Shown in pieces: positions 17,363 to 26,206 of a stretch of 64,000 nt of DNA (positions within the stretch are counted from its first letter, which is position 1; each line of letters starts with the position of its first letter). Below the pieces are notes generated by a model. The model had not been told where the DNA came from. It was given only the letters and a program-made list of their open reading frames with translations, and made no database searches. Origin of the DNA: Candidatus Latescibacterota bacterium (lineage in GTDB: Bacteria > Latescibacterota > UBA2968 > UBA8231); assembly GCA_036336855.1 (NCBI GenBank), contig JAYZFI010000014.1:44734-108733 (forward strand), in the 5' to 3' direction. Position numbers and translations under genes: made by a program.

Positions 17363-18363
17363 GCCAACGCTCCTTTGTGACCAGCGCAAATCGCCTCGCA
17401 TAGGCACATGGTGTGCACGGCGTCATCGAGGGGCGACCAGGGGGGCCGATCTTCCAGGATGCAATCGACGAAGTGGCAGACCTCATTGAAGAAACCCCCA
17501 CCCACCGACTTCAAATCGAGCGCGTCTTCGTGCTCTCCCGAGGTCGTATTGTCGCCGTTGTCACGGGCGCGGTAGATCTCCACCTCAGGAGGGGATTCAG
17601 TAAGCTCAAGGTACGCGGAGAGATCTTCCGCGTGAGCCTCGGCGCGCTGAATGCGATACCCCACTCCGTATTGACTCATGAGCACCCCTATGGCGCCGGT
17701 GTCAAAGCGAACGATGGCATTGCGTCGATACGCTCCTGACCGGTCGCCTTGGGCAGACTCGGCATGGACTTCCACGGGGACGGCGGCGCATTCTGCCTCC
17801 CCAGCGAGCCAGCGAAGGAGATCGACGTGATGAATGGCGTCGCAGATCAGTGGATCGGGAGTCGTCGGCATGGCCGGTGTGCCAATGAGGCTCAGGGGCT
17901 TGTTGTATGTGGCAGCGACGTGGACGGCTCCACCCTGAGCCTGAAGGAGTTGCCGGAGGGCCAGTACCTGAGGGAAATAGCGACGGTTGAAGGAAACCAT
18001 GGCCTTGCCAGAGCTGGCGGCAGCGATCTCTGCCATGCGCTTGGTCTCCTGCGAGCTCATGCCCGGTGACTTCTCTACCGACACGTGCAATTCTCGGTTC
18101 AGACACTCCTCGACGATGGGAAGCAGGTGGCCCGGCATGGTGATGACGTGGACGATGTCGAGATCATCCACGACGTCGAGCATGCGACTGTAGTCTTCGA
18201 ACGCCGCCTCCGGGCTATGCTTCGCAATGGCTCGCTGGCGACGCTCGTCATCGAGCTCGGCAATGGCAGCCAACTGCAGGCGCGGCTCGTCAGCGATCAT
18301 GCGGAAGTGTGACTGCGCGTGAGCGCCACAGCCGATGACGGCGATTCGCAGGGGATTTGTCAT
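17359..18363 (-). CDS. Gfo/Idh/MocA-family oxidoreductase
   Basis: 334 aa. Rossmann segment LRIAVIGCGAHAQSH and the family C-terminal domain. Confidence 0.85.
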   Translation of the reverse strand: MTNPLRIAVIGCGAHAQSHFRMIADEPRLQLAAIAELDDERRQRAIAKHSPEAAFEDYSRMLDVVDDLDIVHVITMPGHLLPIVEECLNRELHVSVEKSPGMSSQETKRMAEIAAASSGKAMVSFNRRYFPQVLALRQLLQAQGGAVHVAATYNKPLSLIGTPAMPTTPDPLICDAIHHVDLLRWLAGEAECAAVPVEVHAESAQGDRSGAYRRNAIVRFDTGAIGVLMSQYGVGYRIQRAEAHAEDLSAYLELTESPPEVEIYRARDNGDNTTSGEHEDALDLKSVGGGFFNEVCHFVDCILEDRPPWSPLDDAVHTMCLCEAICAGHKGALA

Positions 18364-18383
18364 GGCACGCTCGGCTCCTCAGT

Positions 18384-20216
18384 TCATGCGATCGAAGACG
18401 GAGTGGCCCAAGGGGTCTCTTCGCCCTCGACGTTTCCGTCGGGGAAGTACTCCGGCCAACGTCGAGTCACTCGAGCCACGGTGTCGTCGTCGGCGATGAG
18501 CTCCTTCGGGAAACCAGGCTTGAGGCGGCAGTCGAAGACCACGGGCTCTGTGAGCATTTCGTGATGGCGGTGCAGTCGACTGCTGGCGGCGTGAATATCG
18601 GCGGCGGGCTCGAAGCGGGTGAAGGCGGCCCACAAAAAAGAGACGTTGCGCTCGAGCAGTTCCAGGTCATCGAGCAGGAAGATCAGCCGCCACTCGGCGA
18701 CGACGGGATCCGTGGCGATCGTTCGGGCGTATTCAGGGTCGTCCGCGTACGTCGGTGATTCCACCACCAGCGCGCCGGGACAATAGGTGCCGGCGGCTCG
18801 GGCCCCGGCGGGTAAGGCACCACGAAACTCGCTTGGTAGTGAATGGCGGGCTTCCCCGATGCCGAGCAGAATGCCCTTGCTACCCTCATTAATTGCCGGT
18901 CCGGAGTAGTCGAGGGTGTCCATGGCGAGATTGGCGAGCACGAACAGGTCGGTCTCGAAGCGGCAGCGAGCCAATACGTAGGCCAGGACCTGGCGGAAGT
19001 CCCGCTGGTCGAGAGCGGGATCGTCGACGACGACGAGGAACTTGGTTAGCGCCAGCTGCCCACCGTCCTCGCCCAGGATGCGGAAGGCGAACTTCATTGC
19101 CTCTCGCGGGTAACGCTCCTCGACGACGATGGAGGAGAGACAGTGGTAGCCTGTCTCACCGTAGCTCCAGATCGAACGGATCGCCGGCATCACGAGCCGG
19201 CTCAGGGGGGCCATGAGGTCCTGGATGTAGTTGCCGAGCCGAAGGTCCTCCTGGGGCGGCTTGCCTACCACGGTGGCCGGCCATATCGCGTCGCGGCGGT
19301 GGTACACGCGCTCGACCTGCAGCACGGGATAGTCGTGCTGCAAGGAGTAGTAGCCGTAATGATCGCCGAAGGGTCCTTCCGGACGTCGCTCCTTGGGGGC
19401 AACACGACCCTGGATGGCGAATTCGGCCTCGGCGATGAGAGCATGTGGGTGGGAACCCGGGTTGCGAACCCGACGTAGCTTCTCGCCCTGTAACAACGAA
19501 GCGAGGATGAGCTCGGGCATGTTCTCCGGGAGAGGTCCAATCGCCGAAAGAATGAGAGCCGGCGGACCGCCGACGAACACAGTGAGAGGCAGCGCTTCAT
19601 CACGCTGTTCGGCGACGTGGTAGTGGAAGCCTCCGCCCTTCTGAATCTGCCAGTGCACGCCGGCATGGGTGCCGTCGTAGCGCTGGATGCGGTACATGCC
19701 CAGGTTGTGATGACCGGTCTCTGGATGCTCGGTGTAGACCAGCGGCAGGGTGGCGAAGGCGCCGCCATCCTCCGGCCAGGTCTTGAGCAGCGGAAGGGAT
19801 TTCAGATCGGGAGGATCCTGGATTCGATCCACCACGGGTCCCGATTCCACCGTCTTCATCCCCAAGCGCAATCCTTCTCGAGCCAGGCCGCGATGGCCCC
19901 ACAGCTTACTGGGTGACAGGTAGGGGAGATCCTGCGCGACCTCGACGAGCTCGCGGATGACGCGCTCGGGGCGCGGGCCGAATGCCATGTCGACGCGGCG
20001 CGAAGTGCCAAAGAGGTTGGTGACACAGGGGAAGCGAGTGCCCTCCACATTGCGGAACAGCAGCGCGGGCCCCGCGGCGGCGATGACGCGACGGTGGATC
20101 TCGGCGATTTCGAGATCAGCGGAGACCGGTGTGTCGACTTCCACGAGCTCTCCCTCGCGCCGCAGCGCTTCGAGGAAGGGACCGAGAGCAGTATATGTGG
20201 GGTTCGCGTCAGCCAA
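18384..20216 (-). CDS. UbiD-family (prenylated-FMN-dependent) decarboxylase with a C-terminal extension
   Basis: 610 aa. N-terminus aligns with UbiD (LRDFLEALRREGELVEVDTPVSADLEIAEIHRRV...GPALLFRNVEG). About 110 residues longer than E. coli UbiD. Confidence 0.8.
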   Translation of the reverse strand: MADANPTYTALGPFLEALRREGELVEVDTPVSADLEIAEIHRRVIAAAGPALLFRNVEGTRFPCVTNLFGTSRRVDMAFGPRPERVIRELVEVAQDLPYLSPSKLWGHRGLAREGLRLGMKTVESGPVVDRIQDPPDLKSLPLLKTWPEDGGAFATLPLVYTEHPETGHHNLGMYRIQRYDGTHAGVHWQIQKGGGFHYHVAEQRDEALPLTVFVGGPPALILSAIGPLPENMPELILASLLQGEKLRRVRNPGSHPHALIAEAEFAIQGRVAPKERRPEGPFGDHYGYYSLQHDYPVLQVERVYHRRDAIWPATVVGKPPQEDLRLGNYIQDLMAPLSRLVMPAIRSIWSYGETGYHCLSSIVVEERYPREAMKFAFRILGEDGGQLALTKFLVVVDDPALDQRDFRQVLAYVLARCRFETDLFVLANLAMDTLDYSGPAINEGSKGILLGIGEARHSLPSEFRGALPAGARAAGTYCPGALVVESPTYADDPEYARTIATDPVVAEWRLIFLLDDLELLERNVSFLWAAFTRFEPAADIHAASSRLHRHHEMLTEPVVFDCRLKPGFPKELIADDDTVARVTRRWPEYFPDGNVEGEETPWATPSSIA

Positions 20217-20293
20217 GGCGGCGAGGATTGTACGGTGGATGACACAGAGCGTAAAGGTTTGGAGTGCCGCCGATTCGGGGGTAGCTTGTCGGT

Positions 20294-21178
20294 ATGCGAC
20301 TGATGCTACTGGGCACCGGAACCCCGTCGCCGCTGGTACACCGCGCCGGTTCCAGCTACCTCGTCAACATCGCCGGTCAGAATCTGCTCTTCGACTGCGG
20401 CCCGGCGAGTGTAAGGCGATTATTGGAAGCCGGCCTCTCCCCGGTCGATGTGGACCGGCTGTTTCTGACCCATCTGCACTACGACCACTTCGTCGACTAC
20501 GGCTATCTCACCCTGACCCGCTGGGATCAGGGCGTCGGCAAGATCCCTGAGCTTCAGGTCTGCGGTCCGGCACCAATTACTGCCATGACGCGACGACTGT
20601 TCGGCGAGGACGGGGTGTACGGGCCCGATCTGGCAGCTCGTACTCAACATCCTGGAAGCCACTTCATATACGAGAAGCGCGGCGGCACGCTACCTCGAAA
20701 GCCGCCCCTTCCGGAAACAAGCGAAGTTGGAGACGGAGACCTCATCGAAGGTGACGGTTGGTCGGTGCAGGTCGCCGAGGTCATGCACTGTCAGCCCCAG
20801 ATCATCTGCTTGGCCTACCGGCTCAACGCCGGCAAAAGCAGCATCGTCTTTGGCGGTGACACCGCGCCTGTCGAGACGCTGACGAATCTGGCCCGGGGTG
20901 CGGATGTGCTGCTCCACATGTGCCATTTCATCAACGGCGTTGTCAACGACGAGCGTCTTACCACTTGTTGCTCTGGCCACCAGGATGCGGCGCGCACCGC
21001 ACGTGATGCCTGCGTGCGGACGCTGGTACTGGTCCATCTCACCGAGCAGCTGGAGACCGTCGGTGTGCGCGAACGTGTCGTACGAGAAGTCGGGGAGATT
21101 TTCGACGGTCAGGTGATTCTGGCAAACGATCTGCTTGAGGTTCCCGTGGGCGCTATTGAGACAGAGGCGATTCGATGA
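20294..21178 (+). CDS. MBL-fold metallo-hydrolase
   Basis: 294 aa. HxHxDH motif (LTHLHYDHF) plus downstream His/Asp ligands. ATGA overlap with the next gene. Confidence 0.8.
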   Translation: MRLMLLGTGTPSPLVHRAGSSYLVNIAGQNLLFDCGPASVRRLLEAGLSPVDVDRLFLTHLHYDHFVDYGYLTLTRWDQGVGKIPELQVCGPAPITAMTRRLFGEDGVYGPDLAARTQHPGSHFIYEKRGGTLPRKPPLPETSEVGDGDLIEGDGWSVQVAEVMHCQPQIICLAYRLNAGKSSIVFGGDTAPVETLTNLARGADVLLHMCHFINGVVNDERLTTCCSGHQDAARTARDACVRTLVLVHLTEQLETVGVRERVVREVGEIFDGQVILANDLLEVPVGAIETEAIR

Positions 21179-22896
21179 CGAGGAAGGCTTCGCGAGGAGC
21201 TCTCGGCATCGTCACCGATCGCGACGTGGCCGTGCCCATGCGCGATGACGTCGTGCTCCGGGCCACCGTCTTCCGCCCGGAAGCAGAAGGGCAGTTCCCC
21301 GGTATTTTGCTACGCACGCCTTACTGCAAACCGGAATCGGGATACGAACGCTACGTGCGTGCCGGATACGCGGTGGTCACCCAGGACAGTCGTGGCCGCT
21401 ACGCCTCCAACGGAGAGTGGATTCCCTTCACTGTGGAGAATACGGGCGACGCAGAAGACGGCTACGACTCGGTGGAGTGGCTCGCTGCACAACCCTGGTG
21501 TGACGGCCGCGTGGGCACTTTGGGCGCATCCTACAACGCCTGGATGCAGTGGCAGCTGGCGAAGCTGCGTCCTCCGCATTTGGTGGCCATGTGCGCCTAC
21601 ACCATTCCCCTCGAGATCACCGCCGTCGACTGGACCGGAGGATTCCGGCCGGGACGGCGCATCAAATGGTGGCTGACTTCAATGGCGCCCGACTTGCGAC
21701 GTCGCCACGGTCTCCCCGAGCCGCACACCCCCGAGCAGGCGCGCCAACAGTGGGATGAGGTGGCCGGTGAGGGTCACTGGATCGGCTACCTGCCCTGGCA
21801 CGACTTCCCGCGTCACCTTCCGCCCGGATTGGCGGAGTACGCTGTGGACTGGCTCGAGAACCCGAGTCGTCGAGCCTGGCGTTTCGATGAGGTGCACAAG
21901 GAGGTCGAGGTACCCAACCTCGATGTCAGCGGCTGGTTTGATCACTGCAACGACTCCATGCGGCATCTGACACTCATGCAACGCAACGCTGCCACGGAGA
22001 CGGCGAGGACGCAGACCAAGCTCGTTGCCGGGCCATGGAACCACCCTGGTCTAGGCAAGCGCAACATCGCGGGAATCGACTTCGGCCCGGAGGCTGAGGT
22101 TGACCTCACCGATCTTATCGTGCGCTGGTTCGATCACTGGTTGAAAGGGATCGACAACGGCGTCGACAAGGATTCGCCAGTGCGCTATTTCGTCATGGGC
22201 AGCGGGCAATGGCGCCACAGCGAGGCTTGGCCTCCGGCGGCGAAGGATCTGGTTTGGTACCTGTCGAGCGGCGGTTCTGCAGGGCGGGCCTGCGGTGACG
22301 GGCAGCTGTGCGAGACCCCGACTGAAAGCGGAGGAACCGACACCTTCACCTACGATCCCCGTAATCCGGTACCCACGCTGTGGACGAAGGAGTGGTTCAC
22401 CGGTCCCGGCGATCGCCGTCGACTCGAGGGGCGGACGGACATTCTCTACTACCGCTCCGAGCCGTTGAACCAGCCCGTGGAGCTTGCCGGCTATCCGCAG
22501 GTTGTCATGCACGTGTCCACCACGGCGGCGGACACCGACTTCTTTGCTCGCCTTGTCGATGAAGAACCCGATGGCGAGGAGGGACGGGCGCTGGAGGTGA
22601 GTTACGGCATGGTGCGACTGCGCCACCGAAACGGACTGGATCGAGACGATCCTGTGCCCGCTGGGGAGTGGGTGGAAGTGAGAATCGAAATGAGCCCTAC
22701 AGCCTGTTGCTTCCAGCCTGGTCATCGCATCCGGTTGGAGATCACGAGTAGCGACTTTCCCAACCACGATCGCAATCACAACACCGGCGGTGATGACCTG
22801 CGCGAAGTTGAGTTGGTGACGGCGCAGCAGAGTGTGCATTGGGGAGACGCCTCGGATTCATGTCTCATTCTGCCAGTTCCCGACAATCGCGGCTGA
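21175..22896 (+). CDS. CocE/NonD-family alpha/beta hydrolase (S15 X-Pro dipeptidyl-peptidase-like)
   Basis: 573 aa. N-terminal hydrolase region (PGILLRTPY..., DSRGRYASNGEW) and C-terminal beta-sandwich domain. Confidence 0.85.
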   Translation: MTRKASRGALGIVTDRDVAVPMRDDVVLRATVFRPEAEGQFPGILLRTPYCKPESGYERYVRAGYAVVTQDSRGRYASNGEWIPFTVENTGDAEDGYDSVEWLAAQPWCDGRVGTLGASYNAWMQWQLAKLRPPHLVAMCAYTIPLEITAVDWTGGFRPGRRIKWWLTSMAPDLRRRHGLPEPHTPEQARQQWDEVAGEGHWIGYLPWHDFPRHLPPGLAEYAVDWLENPSRRAWRFDEVHKEVEVPNLDVSGWFDHCNDSMRHLTLMQRNAATETARTQTKLVAGPWNHPGLGKRNIAGIDFGPEAEVDLTDLIVRWFDHWLKGIDNGVDKDSPVRYFVMGSGQWRHSEAWPPAAKDLVWYLSSGGSAGRACGDGQLCETPTESGGTDTFTYDPRNPVPTLWTKEWFTGPGDRRRLEGRTDILYYRSEPLNQPVELAGYPQVVMHVSTTAADTDFFARLVDEEPDGEEGRALEVSYGMVRLRHRNGLDRDDPVPAGEWVEVRIEMSPTACCFQPGHRIRLEITSSDFPNHDRNHNTGGDDLREVELVTAQQSVHWGDASDSCLILPVPDNRG

Positions 22897-22913
22897 CGAT
22901 GGAGAGCAAGGTC

Positions 22914-23447
22914 ATGAAACCCACCTTCAAGGAGATCACCGAATTCTTCGACCGCGAGGGCGCGTCGCGAGTGAGTCATACAGAAAAGACCTATCTCGCA
23001 CACGCAATCGGTGTGTACAACGACCTCAAGAGGTGGGGCTTCGACGAAGAGATCGCGCAGGTCGGGCTGTTCCATTCGATATACGGCACGCAGATCTTCC
23101 AAGGTTTCACTTTGCCGCTGGAGCGTCGCGACGACGTTCGGGCCCTTATCGGTGAGCGTGCCGAGCGACTCGCTTATCTCAACTGCGCCCTGGATCGGCC
23201 GAGTTTCGACAACCAAGTAACATGCTGCGAGGCAACGTATTTCATAATCGACCGCTTTACTGAAGAGACGGTAGAAGTCGACGAGGAGACCTTCACCGAC
23301 CTCGTCAACGTCCACCTGTGCGACTGGCTCGAGCAGGTGGGCCGGTCAAGAAAATGGGACTATCGCCGTCAGGCCTACGGGGACATGGCCCGGCGGCTCG
23401 GAGGGATCGCACTGGAGTCCTTCGAGCGGGCGTACGCGGGACATTGA
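22914..23447 (+). CDS. hypothetical protein
   Basis: 177 aa from MKPTFKEITEFF, with a GGAGAG SD upstream. No domain recognised. Confidence 0.45.
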   Translation: MKPTFKEITEFFDREGASRVSHTEKTYLAHAIGVYNDLKRWGFDEEIAQVGLFHSIYGTQIFQGFTLPLERRDDVRALIGERAERLAYLNCALDRPSFDNQVTCCEATYFIIDRFTEETVEVDEETFTDLVNVHLCDWLEQVGRSRKWDYRRQAYGDMARRLGGIALESFERAYAGH

Positions 23448-23480
23448 TACCAGATATCGCCGGTTTGGGAGGTCGTCGCG

Positions 23481-24302
23481 CTATAGAGCGCGGTTGTCCT
23501 CCGCGTAATTCACGTTGTTACCACCAATCTGCCAGGTGCCGCGGAACAGGGTACGTCTCAGCGGCGGCATGGACTCAATCTGCTCGTGACTGAGCCCGGT
23601 GCGGTGCCACTGCGCCCACAGAGAGTTGTAGCAATTGAACACGGCGCAGCGCGGATTATGAGAACCGGTCCAGCTGTTGGCAGCGTGCAATAGGCTCTCC
23701 GTGAAGATCACTGCGGAGCCGGCGGGACAGCTGTAATCCTCCATGGCGTTGTCAAGACTCTGCTGCCAGAGTGACCCCCCGATATTCGGCGTGTAGGGGT
23801 CAGGGCCACCGTAGTTGAAGTGCGCCTTGTGGGAGCCGGACAGAAACGATGTGCCTCCATGTCCCGACTTCACCTCTTCCAGCTCCCAAACCACTCGGGT
23901 CAGACCAGAGTATATCTTGCCGCCCGCGACTTGGTAGCGCATGGCGTTGGCCTGTTGCGGCGGTCTCACCACGTGTGCTAGTCCGGTGCCTGCGTCGGCA
24001 CTCCATCCCGCTGGGCGCACGGTGGTGAAGGAAGATTCGCAGCGGAAGCCGTAGCAGTCCTCATGTAGGAATGGGGGCTCGCTCAGAAGCGCGGACAGGA
24101 TATCGACGATGGTGGGATGATCGAGTAGTGTCTGCAGGTGTCCCCTGTAGCTGTTCTTGGCGCCGTCGTAGACCTCGGCTTTCATCTCCGCGATCTCCGA
24201 ATCCGAAAGAACGGCCGGCAGCAGAATCCAACCGCGCAGGTCGAAGAAGAACATCTGCTCGTCCGTTATGGGGTAGGCGCCGGTTGGGCCGGAGGCAGTC
24301 AT
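23481..24302 (-). CDS. phytanoyl-CoA dioxygenase (PhyH)-like Fe(II)/2OG oxygenase
   Basis: 273 aa. N-terminal (TDEQMFFFDLRGWILLPAVLSDSEI) and C-terminal regions with a PhyH-like pattern. Confidence 0.65.
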   Translation of the reverse strand: MTASGPTGAYPITDEQMFFFDLRGWILLPAVLSDSEIAEMKAEVYDGAKNSYRGHLQTLLDHPTIVDILSALLSEPPFLHEDCYGFRCESSFTTVRPAGWSADAGTGLAHVVRPPQQANAMRYQVAGGKIYSGLTRVVWELEEVKSGHGGTSFLSGSHKAHFNYGGPDPYTPNIGGSLWQQSLDNAMEDYSCPAGSAVIFTESLLHAANSWTGSHNPRCAVFNCYNSLWAQWHRTGLSHEQIESMPPLRRTLFRGTWQIGGNNVNYAEDNRAL

Positions 24303-24399
24303 GACGATCTCGCTGGCGAAGTAGGTGGGTTATCCAAGGCTCAAACGATAGCAAAGAGCACGACCGGATCGAGGTAGGCAAGGCATTTGAAGCAAACGT

Positions 24400-25767
24400 T
24401 TGCTGAAACAGTCTCCGTCCAGGCAGGAGACGAGGAGCGAAAGCAGGGCCGAATTCCTCATGCCACTTGGTAGAGCAAGGTCCGTGCTCACAGCTCTCCA
24501 GCAAGCGCACTTCACCAAGTCCACACAAGTTTCAATCTGCCGCACACCGCCGTACTTTGTTTCCCCCTCGAAGGTCAGGAGCCACGCCTTGCAGACCCCG
24601 AGCTTCGATGCCCTCGTCATCGGTGGGGGCATCAATGGGCTTTCTTCCCTCTATCACCTGACTCGCCGCGGTCTGAACCGCGTCGGTTTGGTAGAGCGCT
24701 TTCGCCTGTCCCACGGCCGCGGCAGCTCGCACGGACACTCGCGCATCACGCGTAGTGCTTATGTCGATGCAAGATACGTGCGGCTGATGCAGCGATTGCA
24801 AAAAGTCGACTGGCCGGAGTTGGAGGCGGTGGCCGGGCAAAGGTTGATCCATCCCACGCCGGGCTGCTTCTTCGGTTCGCCCGGGGGCAAGTGGGAGAGC
24901 TATGCCCGTGCAGTGACCGAAATCGGCGCCGACTGCGAGGTGATCGACCTCGCTGAGGCGAGGCGCCGTTTCCGCATGTTCCGTTTCGTTTCCGCTGTGG
25001 GTGCCGTCGACGACCGCACGGCGGCAGTCGTCGCTGCGGCGCGGACAATTCAGGCGCTTCTGCGGTTGTCTCTATCTAGAGGCGCAGAGGTGCTCGAAGA
25101 GACCAAGGTCGCCGCTATCGACGCCACCCGATCTCCCATCCACGTGGATCTGGAGGACGGTCGACAGCTCATCACAGAGCGGCTCATCGTCACCGCGGGC
25201 GCCTGGGCGGGCGACCTGCTCCCCCCGGTGCGTCCTCAATTGCAAGTGGCTCGCCAGACTGTGGGTTACTTCCGACTTGCTGGCGACCCCCGACAGTTCG
25301 AGGTGGGTCAGTTTCCTGTGTGGGGGAATTTGGGCGGCACCCCGGGCCAGGAGTTCTACGGCTTGCCCAGTTTCGGCCAGCCCGGAATCAAAGTCGCCCG
25401 TCACATCGTCGCCGGGGCGGATGACGATCCGGACGAGGTGCCCGAGGAGGTGCCCGAGCAGGAGCTGACTCGACTCGAGCAGTATGTGACAGAGGAGTTC
25501 ACGGCACCCGTTGAGGGAATGATTAGCTATGAGCACTGCCTCTACACCAACACGGCGACAGAGGACTTCGTTATCGACCTCCACCCGGACAGCGACGCCA
25601 TCGCCATCGGTGCCGGGTTTTCTGGCCATGGCTTCAAGTTCGGACCCTTAATCGGCCGGGTACTAGTCGAGCTCGTCTGCGACGGTGCCTCGAGCATTGA
25701 GGAGTTCAACATCATGCGAAAGACGTTCTCGGGGTGTACGGACCGAAACACACACCGTCCCAGTTAA
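24400..25767 (+). CDS. FAD-dependent oxidoreductase (monomeric sarcosine oxidase / N-methyltryptophan oxidase-like DAO family)
   Basis: GxGxxG dinucleotide fold DALVIGGGINGLSSLYHL about 70 residues into the ORF, so the true start is probably downstream of 24400. The remainder has a DAO-family pattern. Confidence 0.75.
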   Translation: MLKQSPSRQETRSESRAEFLMPLGRARSVLTALQQAHFTKSTQVSICRTPPYFVSPSKVRSHALQTPSFDALVIGGGINGLSSLYHLTRRGLNRVGLVERFRLSHGRGSSHGHSRITRSAYVDARYVRLMQRLQKVDWPELEAVAGQRLIHPTPGCFFGSPGGKWESYARAVTEIGADCEVIDLAEARRRFRMFRFVSAVGAVDDRTAAVVAAARTIQALLRLSLSRGAEVLEETKVAAIDATRSPIHVDLEDGRQLITERLIVTAGAWAGDLLPPVRPQLQVARQTVGYFRLAGDPRQFEVGQFPVWGNLGGTPGQEFYGLPSFGQPGIKVARHIVAGADDDPDEVPEEVPEQELTRLEQYVTEEFTAPVEGMISYEHCLYTNTATEDFVIDLHPDSDAIAIGAGFSGHGFKFGPLIGRVLVELVCDGASSIEEFNIMRKTFSGCTDRNTHRPS

Positions 25768-26206
25768 TGCACCGTTCCCTTCTGCGCTCTTCGCTGATGG
25801 CATGACAGCCAACCAAAGGGGCTATACGACCCGTAGCGCTGGATGAAGTGTCGAGCTGGATGACTGTTACGAGACGGTGTGAAAGGGCCAACTGGCGTTG
25901 TTGACCCGGTATCTCAAAGCGGACGCGGAGACGGAATGGGTAGAGGCAATGACGGGGCGAGAGCGGAAGCTGTCGCTGCGTCATTCTGCGTCCGCCTGAC
26001 CCCAAATCGGTTCGTGGCGAAGGTGGCTTTTGCTTGCCCCACAGTGACTTGCGAGCCTGTTCAAGTAGCCGATTACGTTGACAGGGAAGCCGTCCCCAAC
26101 GAGCTTTTTCAGGTTTGACAGTACCGCCTACCCATAGCTGTCAGACCACTCGTATGCCAGCTACAAACCCCGCAACACGGGCTCGAAAACCGCAAGGGAT
26201 GTCTCG

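Noticed and set aside
25768-26206. Candidate acnA promoter (TTGACA...TAGCTG) and an 79-aa ORF at 25879-26118
   Set aside because: The -10 element is poor and the spacing ambiguous. The ORF has no features and is probably non-coding 5' leader/promoter DNA. Too weak to call.
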